The notes under the pieces were generated by a model that saw only the letters and a program-made list of their open reading frames with translations, was not told where the DNA came from and ran no database searches. A DNA stretch of 64,000 bases from an uncultured Bacteroidota bacterium (GTDB lineage: Bacteria; Bacteroidota; Bacteroidia; Bacteroidales; F082): the NCBI GenBank assembly GCA_913009685.1, contig CAJVXP010000002.1, forward strand, positions 50,172 through 114,171. The letters run 5' to 3'. This document shows positions 1 through 10,709 of this stretch, one piece after another. A program made the translations under genes and the position numbers. How positions within the stretch are numbered: position 1 is the stretch's first letter; the number at the start of each line of letters is the position of its first letter.

Positions 1-345
1 GATGTAACTACTGTGGATCAGAACAAAAATTGTATAGCATGGATACGGAAGGCCGCCGATAACTTTCAAATGGAAAATATATTGGTAAAACAGGCAGACT
101 GTTTCCGGTTCATGTCCCAATGTACCCGGCAATATCAATTCATTTTTGCCGACCCGCCTTACAACTTAGAGCGTATTGAAGATATCAGCCGGCAGGTTTT
201 CAAAAACGACCTTTTAAAAGAAGGCGGCTGGCTTGTGGTGGAACATCCTAAGGAAATTGATTTTTCAGAGCAGCAGTATTTTTCCAGCCACCGGAAATAC
301 GGAAAAGTTAATTTTAGCTTTTTTCATTTTGTAAACAATGGATAA
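1..345 (+). CDS. rsmD: 16S rRNA m2G966 methyltransferase RsmD, 5'-truncated by the window edge
   Basis: Frame is open from base 1; motifs FIFADPPY, GWLVVEH and RKYGKVNFSFF are typical of the RsmD C-terminus. Confidence 0.85.
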   Translation, partial: DVTTVDQNKNCIAWIRKAADNFQMENILVKQADCFRFMSQCTRQYQFIFADPPYNLERIEDISRQVFKNDLLKEGGWLVVEHPKEIDFSEQQYFSSHRKYGKVNFSFFHFVNNG

Positions 346-410
346 AAGATCCGCAGACAACAAAATCTTCCGGAAATTTTATACCTTTACTTCCTTTTAA
401 TTCCGTAATT

Positions 411-1973
411 ATGAACAGAGACCTGAATTTAGAAAAGCTGAAAAAGACACCTCTTTGGGATGTTATCGTTATTGGCGGCGGCGCCACCGGGCTGGGAACT
501 GCCGTGGATGCCACTACCCGCGGATTCAAAACCCTGCTGCTCGAGCAGGCTGATTTTGCCAAAGGAACTTCCAGCCGGAGTACGAAACTGGTTCATGGCG
601 GCGTTCGTTACCTCGCCCAGGGCGATATTTCGATGGTGCTCGAAGCACTGAAAGAACGTGGACTCTTACGCCAGAATGCCCCACATCTCGTTCGCAATCA
701 GGCATTTATTATTCCAACATACGAATGGTGGGACGGCCCTTTTTATACCATTGGTTTAAAAGTGTATGATATGATGTCCGGGAAACTGGGACTGGGACCT
801 TCCGAACGGGTGAACACAGAAGCCGTTACCAAAGCCATCCCCAACCTGAAAAAAGAAGGGTTAAACGGAGGAGTTATCTATTACGATGGTCAGTTTGACG
901 ATGCCCGTCTGGCCATCAGCCTGGCACAAACCTTAGAAGACAACCGCGGAACCGCCCTTAACTATTGCAGGGTAACCGGCATTTTGAAAGACAAAATGGG
1001 CTTTGTGGACGGGGTAACCATTTTAGATACTGAAAACAATGAAGTTTACGATATCAGGGGGAAAGCCGTGATTAACGCCACCGGCGTTTTCGCTGACAAC
1101 ATCATCCAAATGGACCATCCCGAAACAAAAAAAACCATTGTCCCTTCGCAAGGTGTCCATATCATCCTCGACAAGAAGTTTCTACAGGGCGACACGGCCA
1201 TCATGATCCCCAAAACGCCCGACGGACGTGTACTGTTTGCCGTGCCGTGGCATGGTAAAGTAGTGGTAGGCACCACCGATACCCTCATGAACGAAATCAG
1301 TCTGGAACCACGGGCTTTGCCTGAAGAGATTGATTTTATCCTGAATACAGCGGGCGAATATTTGGTTTATCCTCCTAAGAGATCCGATGTGCGCAGCGTG
1401 TTTGCCGGTCTCCGTCCGCTGGCAGCACCAGAGGAAGAAGGCGAAAAAACCAAAGAGATCTCCAGAAGCCATAAAATCACCATCTCCCCCACCGGGCTTA
1501 TCACCATCACCGGCGGAAAATGGACTACCTACCGGAAAATGGGGGAAGACGCCATTGAAAAAGCTATTCTCATCGGTGGACTTGAAGAAACACCCTCGGT
1601 AACAGACAACATGCCTATCCATGGATATGTAAAAAGTTTTGACGATAAAGATCCGCTGCACTATTATGGTTCGGACAGAGACAAAATAAAAGCGCTTGTG
1701 CTGAAAGACCAAACGATGGCAGAGCCGCTGGTTGAAGGATTTCCTTATACCAAAGCGGAGGTGGTTTGGGCCGTACGTGAAGAAATGGCTCGAACAGTGG
1801 AAGATTTCCTGGCACGCCGCAGCCGGTTTTTGCTGTTAGATGCCCGGAAAAGTATGGAAGCAGCGCCCGCAGTGGCCAAAATCATAGCCGAAGAGTTGGG
1901 CTTCAGGCGCCGCTGGCAACGGGAACAGATAGAAAAATATACCACGCTGGCCAAAGGCTATATTTTGGAATAA
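411..1973 (+). CDS. glpD: FAD-dependent glycerol-3-phosphate dehydrogenase/oxidase
   Basis: IGGGATG FAD motif, GTSSRSTKLVHGGVRYL, GGKWTTYR; adjacent to glpK. Confidence 0.95.
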   Translation: MNRDLNLEKLKKTPLWDVIVIGGGATGLGTAVDATTRGFKTLLLEQADFAKGTSSRSTKLVHGGVRYLAQGDISMVLEALKERGLLRQNAPHLVRNQAFIIPTYEWWDGPFYTIGLKVYDMMSGKLGLGPSERVNTEAVTKAIPNLKKEGLNGGVIYYDGQFDDARLAISLAQTLEDNRGTALNYCRVTGILKDKMGFVDGVTILDTENNEVYDIRGKAVINATGVFADNIIQMDHPETKKTIVPSQGVHIILDKKFLQGDTAIMIPKTPDGRVLFAVPWHGKVVVGTTDTLMNEISLEPRALPEEIDFILNTAGEYLVYPPKRSDVRSVFAGLRPLAAPEEEGEKTKEISRSHKITISPTGLITITGGKWTTYRKMGEDAIEKAILIGGLEETPSVTDNMPIHGYVKSFDDKDPLHYYGSDRDKIKALVLKDQTMAEPLVEGFPYTKAEVVWAVREEMARTVEDFLARRSRFLLLDARKSMEAAPAVAKIIAEELGFRRRWQREQIEKYTTLAKGYILE

Positions 1974-2009
1974 ATCCGGGAAGAAAATTCCTTTTTTTTT
2001 AAACGTACT

Positions 2010-3494
2010 ATGGGGAAAAACTACATTCTTGCATTGGACCAGGGAACTACCAGCTCCCGTGCCATCATTTATGATCACGCGGGGAAAATACGGGCAATGG
2101 CACAGAAAGAGTTCCGGCAGATTTTTCCCAAACCCGGATTTGTGGAGCACGATCCCATGGAAATCTATAGCTCACAAATCAGTGTTGCCGCTGAAGTGCT
2201 GGCTCAGATGGAGATTCATGATAACGCCATTGCCGCAATAGGCATCACAAACCAGCGTGAAACAACCATTGTCTGGAACCGGAAAACCGGAAAACCAGTG
2301 TATAACGCCATCGTATGGCAGGACAGGCGGACTTCGGCTTATTGCGATCAGTTGAAAAAAGAGGGCCTTCAGAGCCTGATAGCCGGAAAAACAGGATTGG
2401 AAATTGATGCTTACTTCTCGGCTACCAAAATCAGATGGATCCTCGACAATGTCCCCGGAGCGCGCAAAACCGCCGAAAAAGGAGAGCTGGCTTTCGGCAC
2501 CGTGGACAGTTGGCTCATTTGGAACCTGAGCAACGGCAAAGCCCACCTGACCGATATCTCCAACGCTTCGCGAACAATGCTCTTCAACATCCACTCCATG
2601 AAGTGGGACGAGGATTTGATCCGGCTTTTTGATATTCCGGCTTCTATGCTTCCCGGGGTAAAAGCCAATAGCACATATTTTGCCGACACCTCCGGACTGA
2701 TTTTTTCATCAAAAATTCCTATCAGCGGGGTGGCCGGCGACCAGCAGGCGGCACTGTTCGGACAGATGTGTGTCCACAAAGGCATGATGAAAAACACTTA
2801 TGGAACCGGATGTTTTATCATGCTCAATACCGGGAACAAAGCCGTCCGGTCAAAAAACAGGATGCTCACCACCATTGCCTGGCAGCTGTGCGGTGAAACT
2901 ACCTATGCATTAGAAGGAAGTGTTTTTGTGGGCGGCGCTGTTGTTCAATGGCTTCGCGACGGGTTGCAGTTTATTAAAACAGCACAATCCAGTGAAAAAC
3001 TGGCGCTTTCGGTGGAAGATACGGGAGGCATTATTTTCGTGCCTGCTTTTACAGGGCTGGGGGCGCCACACTGGAAACAGGATGCACGGGGAATGATTTA
3101 CGGCATCACCCGCGGAACAACCCGGGCACATATCACACGTGCAGCACTGGAAGCCATTGCTTACCAAAGCTATGACGTTATAAAAGCGATGCAACAGGAT
3201 GCCGGTTTTACCGTTGAAAATCTGCGTGTCGATGGTGGTGCGGCAGCCAACAATTTCCTTATGCAAATGCAGGCAGATGTTTTACATACCAACGTCCAAA
3301 GACCTGTGGTACTGGAAAGCACATCGCTTGGGGCAGCCTATTTTGCAGGACTTGCCGTCGGCTTTTGGCAGGACGTGAAAGAAATTGAAAGTCAGTGGAA
3401 GGTAGAAAAAGAATTCGTTCCAACCCAATCTCCCGAAGCTATTGAAAAAAGTATCGAAGCCTGGCACGAAGCGGTACGGAGAGTTTTACAATAG
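2010..3494 (+). CDS. glpK: Glycerol kinase
   Basis: [38 protein letters not shown]. Confidence 0.97.
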   Translation: MGKNYILALDQGTTSSRAIIYDHAGKIRAMAQKEFRQIFPKPGFVEHDPMEIYSSQISVAAEVLAQMEIHDNAIAAIGITNQRETTIVWNRKTGKPVYNAIVWQDRRTSAYCDQLKKEGLQSLIAGKTGLEIDAYFSATKIRWILDNVPGARKTAEKGELAFGTVDSWLIWNLSNGKAHLTDISNASRTMLFNIHSMKWDEDLIRLFDIPASMLPGVKANSTYFADTSGLIFSSKIPISGVAGDQQAALFGQMCVHKGMMKNTYGTGCFIMLNTGNKAVRSKNRMLTTIAWQLCGETTYALEGSVFVGGAVVQWLRDGLQFIKTAQSSEKLALSVEDTGGIIFVPAFTGLGAPHWKQDARGMIYGITRGTTRAHITRAALEAIAYQSYDVIKAMQQDAGFTVENLRVDGGAAANNFLMQMQADVLHTNVQRPVVLESTSLGAAYFAGLAVGFWQDVKEIESQWKVEKEFVPTQSPEAIEKSIEAWHEAVRRVLQ

Positions 3495-3557
3495 CAACAA
3501 AGTAAGAAGTTTAACTTTCTTGTTTTAAACATTTTATATTATCAGGGCGTTATCCCG

Positions 3558-4238
3558 TTAAAGAAATCTGTCAGGGTAATTGGTGAAAAGTGCCTCCACA
3601 TTCATCTCCTGTAATCGTTTAAGAAGACGGGGATTATTAACGGTATAAACCCATACTTCCAGCCCGTGGCTATGAATTTCGTTTACCAGTTCCGGACTTA
3701 CCACCCGCATCGGGATATTGACAGAAGTAGCTTTCAGCGCCTTTGCCAAAGCTATAAAGCCATGCGGATGCCTTTCATAAAGGATACCGATTTTTGAGAG
3801 ACGATCAATCTCCCGGAACTGCATTAGCTGCTGATGGTCAAAAGAAGAGATATAAAAATCTTCGGTTTGCCAGCCACGATTTTCTTTGTAATAGTGAAGC
3901 AAACCGGCTGTAGGAGCTGCCACTCCCGAACCTTTAAGTTCGATGTTAATTTTAGCCCGCCGGTTCACCAACCTCAGCACTTCATGAAGGGTAGGAATTC
4001 TCTCTCCTTCACCTGCATCTGCCTGTTGCAATTCGTGAAGGGTTTTATCTGATACAAAGCCTTTTCCCGAGGTTGTCCGGTTGATTTTCTCATCATGGAT
4101 TACCACAAGCTCGCCGCTGGCACACCGATGAACATCCAATTCAATCATTTCAACCCCCATCCGGATGGCTCTTTCAAAAGAAGCCAGTGTGTTTTCAGGC
4201 GCAGTTCCACTCGCACCGCGATGTCCGATTATGAGCAT
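3558..4238 (-). CDS. Cytoplasmic glycerophosphodiester phosphodiesterase (UgpQ/GlpQ family)
   Basis: IGHRGASGTAPENTL, ELDV, VIHD, NIELK, VYTVN; convergent with glpDK. Confidence 0.92.
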   Translation of the reverse strand: MLIIGHRGASGTAPENTLASFERAIRMGVEMIELDVHRCASGELVVIHDEKINRTTSGKGFVSDKTLHELQQADAGEGERIPTLHEVLRLVNRRAKINIELKGSGVAAPTAGLLHYYKENRGWQTEDFYISSFDHQQLMQFREIDRLSKIGILYERHPHGFIALAKALKATSVNIPMRVVSPELVNEIHSHGLEVWVYTVNNPRLLKRLQEMNVEALFTNYPDRFL

Positions 4239-4313
4239 ATTTTCAATATTTAAAAAACCAGATGACGAGGTTCACTCATTTTCACTAAAACAAATCAAAA
4301 TTTTCCGGTTTAT

Positions 4314-5312
4314 CTATTGGTCAGCATACATTCCTACCCCGTGAAAGCCTTCGGAAGTAGCGTAGGCCCGAAACATGCCGGGGGTATTGAAAGTCATGGT
4401 GAAATGACCGGTGCGGTCCACGGCAATAACGCCTCCCTCGCCACCCTGTTTTTTCAGTTTGACAAGGATGTCATAATTGGCAGCTTCTTTCAGACTAAGA
4501 CCGGAATATTTCATAAGAGCGCTAATATCGTAGGCTACAACATTGCGAATGAAGTACTCGCCGTATCCGGTACACGAAACAGCGCAGGTAGCATTGTCAG
4601 CGTAAGTGCCGGCTCCAATAATAGGTGAATCGCCTACGCGACCATACATTTTACAGGTCATACCTCCGGTGGAAGTTCCTGCAGCTAGATTTCCGTGTTT
4701 GTCTAAAGCCACGGCTCCTACTGTTCCGTGCTTTTCGCCCTGCGCCATTTTGGCTTTAACTTTCAGATAAGATTTCCATCGGCTTTCCGTGAAGAAGTAA
4801 CTACTGTCCTCCATTTGCAATCCCTGCTTTGCAGCGAAAATTTCGGCACCTTTTGAGATGAGCAAAACGTGGGGCGTGTGTTCCATAACCGCACGCGCTG
4901 CCAAAATAGGATTTTTTATGACGTGCACGTTGGCCACGGCACCGGCCATAAGATTCTTGCCATCCATAATGGAAGCATCCATTTCGTTCTCTCCTCTTGC
5001 GTTAAAAACAGAACCTTTTCCGGCGTTAAAAAGCGGAGAGTCTTCCATCATGGTGATGCATTTGGTAACCGCATCCAGAGCCGAACCTCCCCGTTTTAAA
5101 ATAAATTCACCCGAATCGATGACCTGTTGCAACTTGTCGCGATAGCGTTTTTCTTTTTCGGGAGTCATCAGTTTTTTTTCAATCACTCCGGCGCCACCAT
5201 GAATGACGAGCACATATTTTCCTAAAGTTTTCTTGCCGCTGTTTTTTACAGGCTGGCAGGAAGTAAATACCAGCAATGTTAATGAGATGAGGCTAATAAG
5301 ATATTTTTTCAT
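4314..5312 (-). CDS. iaaA: Isoaspartyl peptidase/L-asparaginase (Ntn hydrolase), predicted lipoprotein
   Basis: IHGGAG, FNAGKG, autocleavage site HG/TVGAVA, GRVGDSPIIGAG; N-terminal lipobox-like VFTSC. Confidence 0.9.
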   Translation of the reverse strand: MKKYLISLISLTLLVFTSCQPVKNSGKKTLGKYVLVIHGGAGVIEKKLMTPEKEKRYRDKLQQVIDSGEFILKRGGSALDAVTKCITMMEDSPLFNAGKGSVFNARGENEMDASIMDGKNLMAGAVANVHVIKNPILAARAVMEHTPHVLLISKGAEIFAAKQGLQMEDSSYFFTESRWKSYLKVKAKMAQGEKHGTVGAVALDKHGNLAAGTSTGGMTCKMYGRVGDSPIIGAGTYADNATCAVSCTGYGEYFIRNVVAYDISALMKYSGLSLKEAANYDILVKLKKQGGEGGVIAVDRTGHFTMTFNTPGMFRAYATSEGFHGVGMYADQ

Positions 5313-5341
5313 GAGTTATAATTTTGAGTTACAATGATTTA

Positions 5342-6142
5342 CTAATGTGCTATAGACTGGCTCACAAGGGGAAGAAACAAGCTTTTAAAGTCGTAAATTC
5401 CGAACATTTGTGCCGAGGTCATTAAAACAACGACAACAATTACCCATTTGACAAAAACCACCCCCTTTTTAACAGCCATCCTTGAGGCTACCAAAGCCCC
5501 AATCATATTACCGAGGGCCATTATCAGACCATATTTCCAGTTAATTTCGTTATTATAATAAAATATAGCCAGGGTAAAAGGAGCGTAGGCCAGAATAATC
5601 AACACTTTGATGGCATTTGCCTTTACCAAATCGTAGCCGGCGCCGAGCACAATACCCGCCAACAAGAAGTAGCCCACCCCCATATGAATAAATCCGGCAT
5701 AAATTCCGATAAAAAAGAAAATGACATAAGTACTCCAGCTAACAGGTTTCTTTCTCACCTCAGCCTTTCCATAAATATACTGCTGTGGTTTGAATAAAAT
5801 AATCACCAGCATCACCAGCATAATGACGCCAATAGCTTTCTCAAAGATGGCCTCGTTAATGTCAACGGCCACCCATGCGCCCACGAGGGAACCGAGAATA
5901 GCCGGAATGGAAAGATAGAGCGCCTTGCGTTGTTCCAACACTCTTTGTTGTTTGAAACTGGAAACCGCCACCAAATTTTGAAGTGCAATGGCTACCCTGT
6001 TGGTCCCATTTGCCACCGTGGCCGGCAGCCCCAGCATAATCAAAATAGACAACGAAATAATACTCCCTCCGCCGGCCAGCGTATTAATAAAGCCTACCAA
6101 AACACCCGAAAGAACCAGTGCTAAAAATTCAACAGTACCCAT
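5342..6142 (-). CDS. TauE/SafE family (sulfite exporter-like) membrane protein
   Basis: GFINTLAGGG, ANGTN, GIYAGF..GVG; about 8 hydrophobic segments. Confidence 0.88.
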   Translation of the reverse strand: MGTVEFLALVLSGVLVGFINTLAGGGSIISLSILIMLGLPATVANGTNRVAIALQNLVAVSSFKQQRVLEQRKALYLSIPAILGSLVGAWVAVDINEAIFEKAIGVIMLVMLVIILFKPQQYIYGKAEVRKKPVSWSTYVIFFFIGIYAGFIHMGVGYFLLAGIVLGAGYDLVKANAIKVLIILAYAPFTLAIFYYNNEINWKYGLIMALGNMIGALVASRMAVKKGVVFVKWVIVVVVLMTSAQMFGIYDFKSLFLPLVSQSIAH

Positions 6143-7903
6143 TTATTCTTTAATTATGAAACCATGCAGGATTTTAAAAAGTTCTTTTGGATTGAACGGT
6201 TTGGCAATAAAGCCATCCATTCCGACCGCCATGGCCTTCTTGCGGTCCGATTCCATGGCATTGGCGGTAAGTGCCACAATAAAAGCATGACGTTCGCCTT
6301 GTTCTTTTTCAAATTTTCGGATTTGCCGGGTTGTTTCAAGACCATCCATCACAGGCATTTGAATATCCATTAGAATCAAATCATATGGATTTTGGATATA
6401 CTTTTCCAACCCTTCTTTTCCGTTGTTGGCCACATCCAGCTTACAACCACTCTTTTCAAGGGTTATTTTGCTGATTTTCTGATTAATCAGATTATCCTCC
6501 ACCATAAGAATACGGAATTCTTTCAACAGTTCTATAATCTTCGACTCATCAAACGGTTTTTCTTCCGGCATTTCAGTTCTCAAAGGAATGGCAAATGAGA
6601 AAAGGGAGCCTTTTCCCTCTTTGCTTTTCACCACTATTTTACCCTTCATAATTTCCACCAGCCTTTTGGAGATGGCCAGGCCCAGGCCTGTCCCCTGGTA
6701 GCTTTTGGTACTTGAGATATCCACCTGCGAGAAGCTCTCAAATATTTTATTTAAGTGAACATCATCAATACCTATACCGGTATCTTCCACTTCAAACCGC
6801 ACTGTTATATAGTCGTTTCCCAAGGCTTTTTTAGGGGTAATTCTAAGCCAGACACTACCCTCATGAGTAAATTTTATAGCATTCTTCAGTAAATTTCCCA
6901 ACACTTTTCGAAGAGAAGCTTCATCGCCGGTAAAAAGTTCGGGCAGTTTCGGGTCAACTTTTATTGAAAAATCTATTCCCTTATTTTTTGCCTCTCTTTT
7001 AAATTCCTTTTCCAGATGATTTAAGAGTGATGGCATAGAGAATTTGCCGGGTTCGGATTTAAATTTACCCGTTTCTATGGCCGAAAACTCAAAGACATCT
7101 TCGATAATACCCATCAAATGCGTGGCAGACATCAGTAAACTCGTCAGATAATCATTTTGATTTTTCTCTAAGTTCGTCTGACCCAGAATTTCCGCCATTC
7201 CGATAATGCCGTTTAGGGGTGTTCTTATTTCATGGCTCATGTTGGCAAGAAACCGGTCTTTAATATGCATGCCTTCCTCAGCGAGATCGCGGGCTTGCCT
7301 TAGCTGTAGTTCATAATTTTTCTGACTACTGATATCCCAGGAGACACCTATCAGCCCAATGATTTTCCCTTCCCTGTTACGTACTGGTGCAATATTGGTA
7401 TGTACCCAGATTTTTTTTTCATTCTGCTCAACCTGTTCTTCCACATTATAGAAAAAGCTACCATCTTTAATCACCTGTTTTTCAAGTTCCTGATATTTTC
7501 CCTGAGGCAAATAATGATGAAAAACTTCTTTTAAGGTCTTTCCCATCACATCTTTCCGGGTCAGGCCGGAAAACTCCAAAAAGGCTTTGTTTACAAGCTG
7601 ATACCGGAAATCGCTATCTTTAAAATAAACTAAAGCAGGGATTGTATTCAATAAGGTATTCAACCTCTTCGCCTGGCGTTCCTGTTCCTGAAGGGCCCTT
7701 TTCAGATCTTCGGAAGTCTTGGTAAGCAACGAATTCACAACATTTTTATCCTTTAAAGCCCGTTGCAGTTTAAAATCAAGGATATCAGCCTCCATGGACA
7801 ACCGGCTTATCTCGCTTTGCATCTCAAGCTTTAACTTGATGAGGTCTTCTTCCTCATCAATGCGGTTGAGCTTTTCGGCCAGTTGTTGAATAATTTTCTG
7901 CAT
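6143..7903 (-). CDS. Soluble hybrid histidine kinase (coiled coil-PAS-HisKA-HATPase-REC)
   Basis: FLANMSHEIRTPLNGI H-box, NLLKNAIKFT, DTGIGI, GTGLGLAI, receiver LMDIQMPVMDG; no transmembrane segment. Confidence 0.93.
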   Translation of the reverse strand: MQKIIQQLAEKLNRIDEEEDLIKLKLEMQSEISRLSMEADILDFKLQRALKDKNVVNSLLTKTSEDLKRALQEQERQAKRLNTLLNTIPALVYFKDSDFRYQLVNKAFLEFSGLTRKDVMGKTLKEVFHHYLPQGKYQELEKQVIKDGSFFYNVEEQVEQNEKKIWVHTNIAPVRNREGKIIGLIGVSWDISSQKNYELQLRQARDLAEEGMHIKDRFLANMSHEIRTPLNGIIGMAEILGQTNLEKNQNDYLTSLLMSATHLMGIIEDVFEFSAIETGKFKSEPGKFSMPSLLNHLEKEFKREAKNKGIDFSIKVDPKLPELFTGDEASLRKVLGNLLKNAIKFTHEGSVWLRITPKKALGNDYITVRFEVEDTGIGIDDVHLNKIFESFSQVDISSTKSYQGTGLGLAISKRLVEIMKGKIVVKSKEGKGSLFSFAIPLRTEMPEEKPFDESKIIELLKEFRILMVEDNLINQKISKITLEKSGCKLDVANNGKEGLEKYIQNPYDLILMDIQMPVMDGLETTRQIRKFEKEQGERHAFIVALTANAMESDRKKAMAVGMDGFIAKPFNPKELFKILHGFIIKE

Positions 7904-7909
7904 GGTGCT

Positions 7910-9052
7910 TTACTTCCCTTTTTTTCTTAACAAAGCCAATGTGAAAGTTTGATTATAGAAAGAGCAGTGACCATTGTCGTTGTTTCCAATTTCACCATAA
8001 GTAAAAAAACCTGCCAGCGGCTTTTTCCATTTAATAGAAGCCAGTTTTATTTCGGCAGAAATCAGCGGACCCAACGCTATGTGGCGGGCAATACACGAAA
8101 ACAAAAGCAGCAAATCGGCTTTTTGATTTTTATCGTGAAAGGAGATAATTTTATCGCGTGTGTTTTCCATAATCTCAAAACCCGGAGAGGTAGAAAAGGA
8201 GACAGAGGAACCCTGTGGAACAGAGCCGGCAAATATCAAACTGCGCTGTTTTTTATTGATGCCGGTAACCGCCCTTAAAACAGAAGTTCCATCGCTGTTT
8301 TTTACCATAAAAGGATATTCTATCCCGACACCAGGAAGATCCTCTTCTTTTACATTCAGATAGTCCATATACATATCCAGCGCTGGTAATCCATTGATTT
8401 CAAAGACAATATTACCGTCAGAACGATTCACGGGAAACTCGGCTCCAAGGCTGACCCATCCGCTGCTAATCATTCCGGTCAGCTCAATTTTATTTTGGTC
8501 GAAAACCAGAACCATGGCGCCTTCATTGGAAATAGCGTGATTTGTAAAGACAAAAGTCTGCTCAAAACGCGCATCATCTCCGGCAAGTCCGCCAAACATG
8601 GGAAGCTGATTTCCGCTTTTACTCAGGACTCCTTCCACCAAAGCCTGCCCATCCATAAGAATACTGCTGGCACCAATAATTACAGAAGGATGCCTGAAAG
8701 AAGCGTTTATTTTGTTTCCCAGCACCTGCCCCAGCTCAAAGGAAGAAAGCTTGCCCCGCTTTATTAAATGCAACCGGAAACTATCAGGCGAAATATCCGT
8801 CAATACAACAACGGCAGATTTTTCACGGATATAATTATTTTTTGTATCAAACAGAATTTCCCCCCCCGTACTGCTACCAAACAACGTAATCTGCTGTGCT
8901 TTAAAAATGTCCATAAGACGGGTTAAGGGGAATTCAACAGAAACAAAAGCAAAAGCCAGCGAAGGTCTAAAGCCAACGGTATTCAGTGCGTGTTCAAATT
9001 TTATCTGAAAATCACTAAACGACTCTGAAACAAATGCATGTGTTGAAATCAT
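7910..9052 (-). CDS. FIST-domain (NosP-like) sensor protein
   Basis: FGSSTGGEI, FGGLAGD, FSCIAR, GFFTYGEIG, NQT motifs of FIST_N/FIST_C; start placed at MISTHA, downstream of a TATCTTTG -7 box. Confidence 0.88.
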   Translation of the reverse strand: MISTHAFVSESFSDFQIKFEHALNTVGFRPSLAFAFVSVEFPLTRLMDIFKAQQITLFGSSTGGEILFDTKNNYIREKSAVVVLTDISPDSFRLHLIKRGKLSSFELGQVLGNKINASFRHPSVIIGASSILMDGQALVEGVLSKSGNQLPMFGGLAGDDARFEQTFVFTNHAISNEGAMVLVFDQNKIELTGMISSGWVSLGAEFPVNRSDGNIVFEINGLPALDMYMDYLNVKEEDLPGVGIEYPFMVKNSDGTSVLRAVTGINKKQRSLIFAGSVPQGSSVSFSTSPGFEIMENTRDKIISFHDKNQKADLLLLFSCIARHIALGPLISAEIKLASIKWKKPLAGFFTYGEIGNNDNGHCSFYNQTFTLALLRKKGK

Positions 9053-9204
9053 TATGGCTCCACATAGTGTAAAGCAAAGATATAAAATCTTTTGATTTAT
9101 ATTGAAATCCCAAACCAGGGCATATTGTTGCCACAAGACACGAGTCAGCCGCATGAAAAACCGGCGCACAAGATTTGCTTCGGTTGAGGTAGAGGATTTG
9201 GAAA

Positions 9205-10263
9205 CTAAAAAGGCTTGCTTTTCTGTTTTTTCAGTGCATCCCAGCCTTGTGCTGTCAGCTCTATTTGTTGGTTGTCGGAAGTAATCAACCGGTTTCCTTC
9301 GGCTGCTTCGGTAATGTAACCGATAATGCTAATACCCGGCATTTCCTTTATCTTTTCGTAATCTTTTTGGTCGATGGTGAAAAGCAGTTCATAATCTTCG
9401 CCACCGTTCAACGCCGCTACTGCAGGGACGATGGAAAACTCCCGCGCCGTGTCAAAAGTAACATGGTCGATAGGAATATGTTCTTCATGGATCACCACCC
9501 CGGCATCTGACGATTTGGCAAGGTGCAAAGCTTCCGAAGCCAGCCCGTCTGAAATATCTATCATAGCTGTTGGAACAACACCCTTTTCCTTTAATTTTCT
9601 CACCATGTCTGTACGGGCTTCCGGTTTTAATTGTCTTTCCAAAATATACTCCCTGCCTTCCATATCGGGCTGCATGTCGGGATTAGCCCGGAAGACCTTT
9701 TTTTCACGCTCCAGCAGGAGTAGTCCCATATATGCACCGCCCAAATCGCCGGTAACACACAAGATATCACTCGGTTTAGCTCCTTTGCGGTAGGTAATTT
9801 TATCTTTCTCAACCTCACCGATTACAGTTACGGAAATAAACAATCCGTGCAGGCTACTGCTTGTGTCTCCACCGACAAAATCAACTTTGTAGAGTTCACA
9901 GGCTTTTTTAATACCAGCATAAAATTCCTCTATAGCTTCCAATGTATATTTGGCTGAAATTCCCAATCCAACAACAATTTGTGTGGGTACACCGTTCATG
10001 GCTGCCATATCCGAAAAATTAACAATGGCCGATTTATAGCCGAGATGTTTTAAAGGAGTGTAGGCCATATCAAAATGAACCCCCTCGATGAGCAAATCGG
10101 TGGATACAAGCATATATTTTCTGCCTCCGGTCTTTAGCACGGCAGCATCATCGCCCACCCCTGCAACAGTGGATTTCTGTGTTAGTTTTATGTCTTTTGT
10201 AAGATGGTCAATGAGTCCAAATTCGCCCAGTTCGGCTATGTTGGTTAATTTTTGTTCGTCCAT
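9205..10263 (-). CDS. thiL: Thiamine-monophosphate kinase
   Basis: GEFGLI, GVGDDAA, EGVHF, NFSDMAAM, DISDGL, GGEDYELLFT. Confidence 0.95.
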   Translation of the reverse strand: MDEQKLTNIAELGEFGLIDHLTKDIKLTQKSTVAGVGDDAAVLKTGGRKYMLVSTDLLIEGVHFDMAYTPLKHLGYKSAIVNFSDMAAMNGVPTQIVVGLGISAKYTLEAIEEFYAGIKKACELYKVDFVGGDTSSSLHGLFISVTVIGEVEKDKITYRKGAKPSDILCVTGDLGGAYMGLLLLEREKKVFRANPDMQPDMEGREYILERQLKPEARTDMVRKLKEKGVVPTAMIDISDGLASEALHLAKSSDAGVVIHEEHIPIDHVTFDTAREFSIVPAVAALNGGEDYELLFTIDQKDYEKIKEMPGISIIGYITEAAEGNRLITSDNQQIELTAQGWDALKKQKSKPF

Positions 10264-10351
10264 GGTTAAATTTTTTGCAAAAGTAACAAAAGAGCATGAC
10301 TGCCGTAATACGGAAAAAGTTTCTGCTTTTTAAAAGATCTCTGTCAGGATA

Positions 10352-10509
10352 TCAAATAACAATAAAGACAAACAACAAATTACAGATAATTTCCAAACCC
10401 CAAAATTCAAAATAACAAACCTGATAGTTTTTTCCGGAAAGGTTTTGAACATTGATTTTTTGAATTTGATTTTTATTTGTTATTTGATTTTTCAGATTTG
10501 TTATTTCAT
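10352..10509. repeat. Imperfect inverted repeat made of degenerate ~7-nt units (AAATAAC-like left arm, GTTATTT-like right arm), short spacer
   Basis: Left units AAATAAC, AAACAAC, AAATTAC, AGATAATTTCC, AAACCCC, AAAATTC; right arm is their complement and ends TTGTTATTTCAT. Confidence 0.75.
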
Positions 10510-10664
10510 GAACTTTACCCATAGTAAGTAACATAGAACCATTTTGTCATTTCATTTTCACAGAACTTCAGAGTCGAAAAAGTAAAAAGATTATTCAAAG
10601 CAGCTGTTTTTCCATGATATTTTCGGAAAAACGTATTTTCCCTCCCATCATAAGGGATAAATTG

Positions 10665-10672
10665 TATTTTTG
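10665..10672 (+). promoter_or_regulatory. Bacteroidota sigma-A -7 box upstream of ruvA
   Basis: TATTTTTG matches TAnnTTTG, 37 nt before the ATG. Confidence 0.55.
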
Positions 10673-10709
10673 TCTTTCAACTTTAACGCAAACAAAACCC
10701 GATAACAAC

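Noticed and set aside
1126-2000. Poly-A tract in glpD and poly-T tract before glpK as phase-variation sites
   Set aside because: Frame is intact and 8-9 nt runs are common in this AT-rich window
10352-10534. 60-aa minus-strand ORF (and the 102-aa ORF at 25749-26057)
   Set aside because: Both are translations of the heptamer palindromes; their polar-then-hydrophobic pattern follows from arm composition
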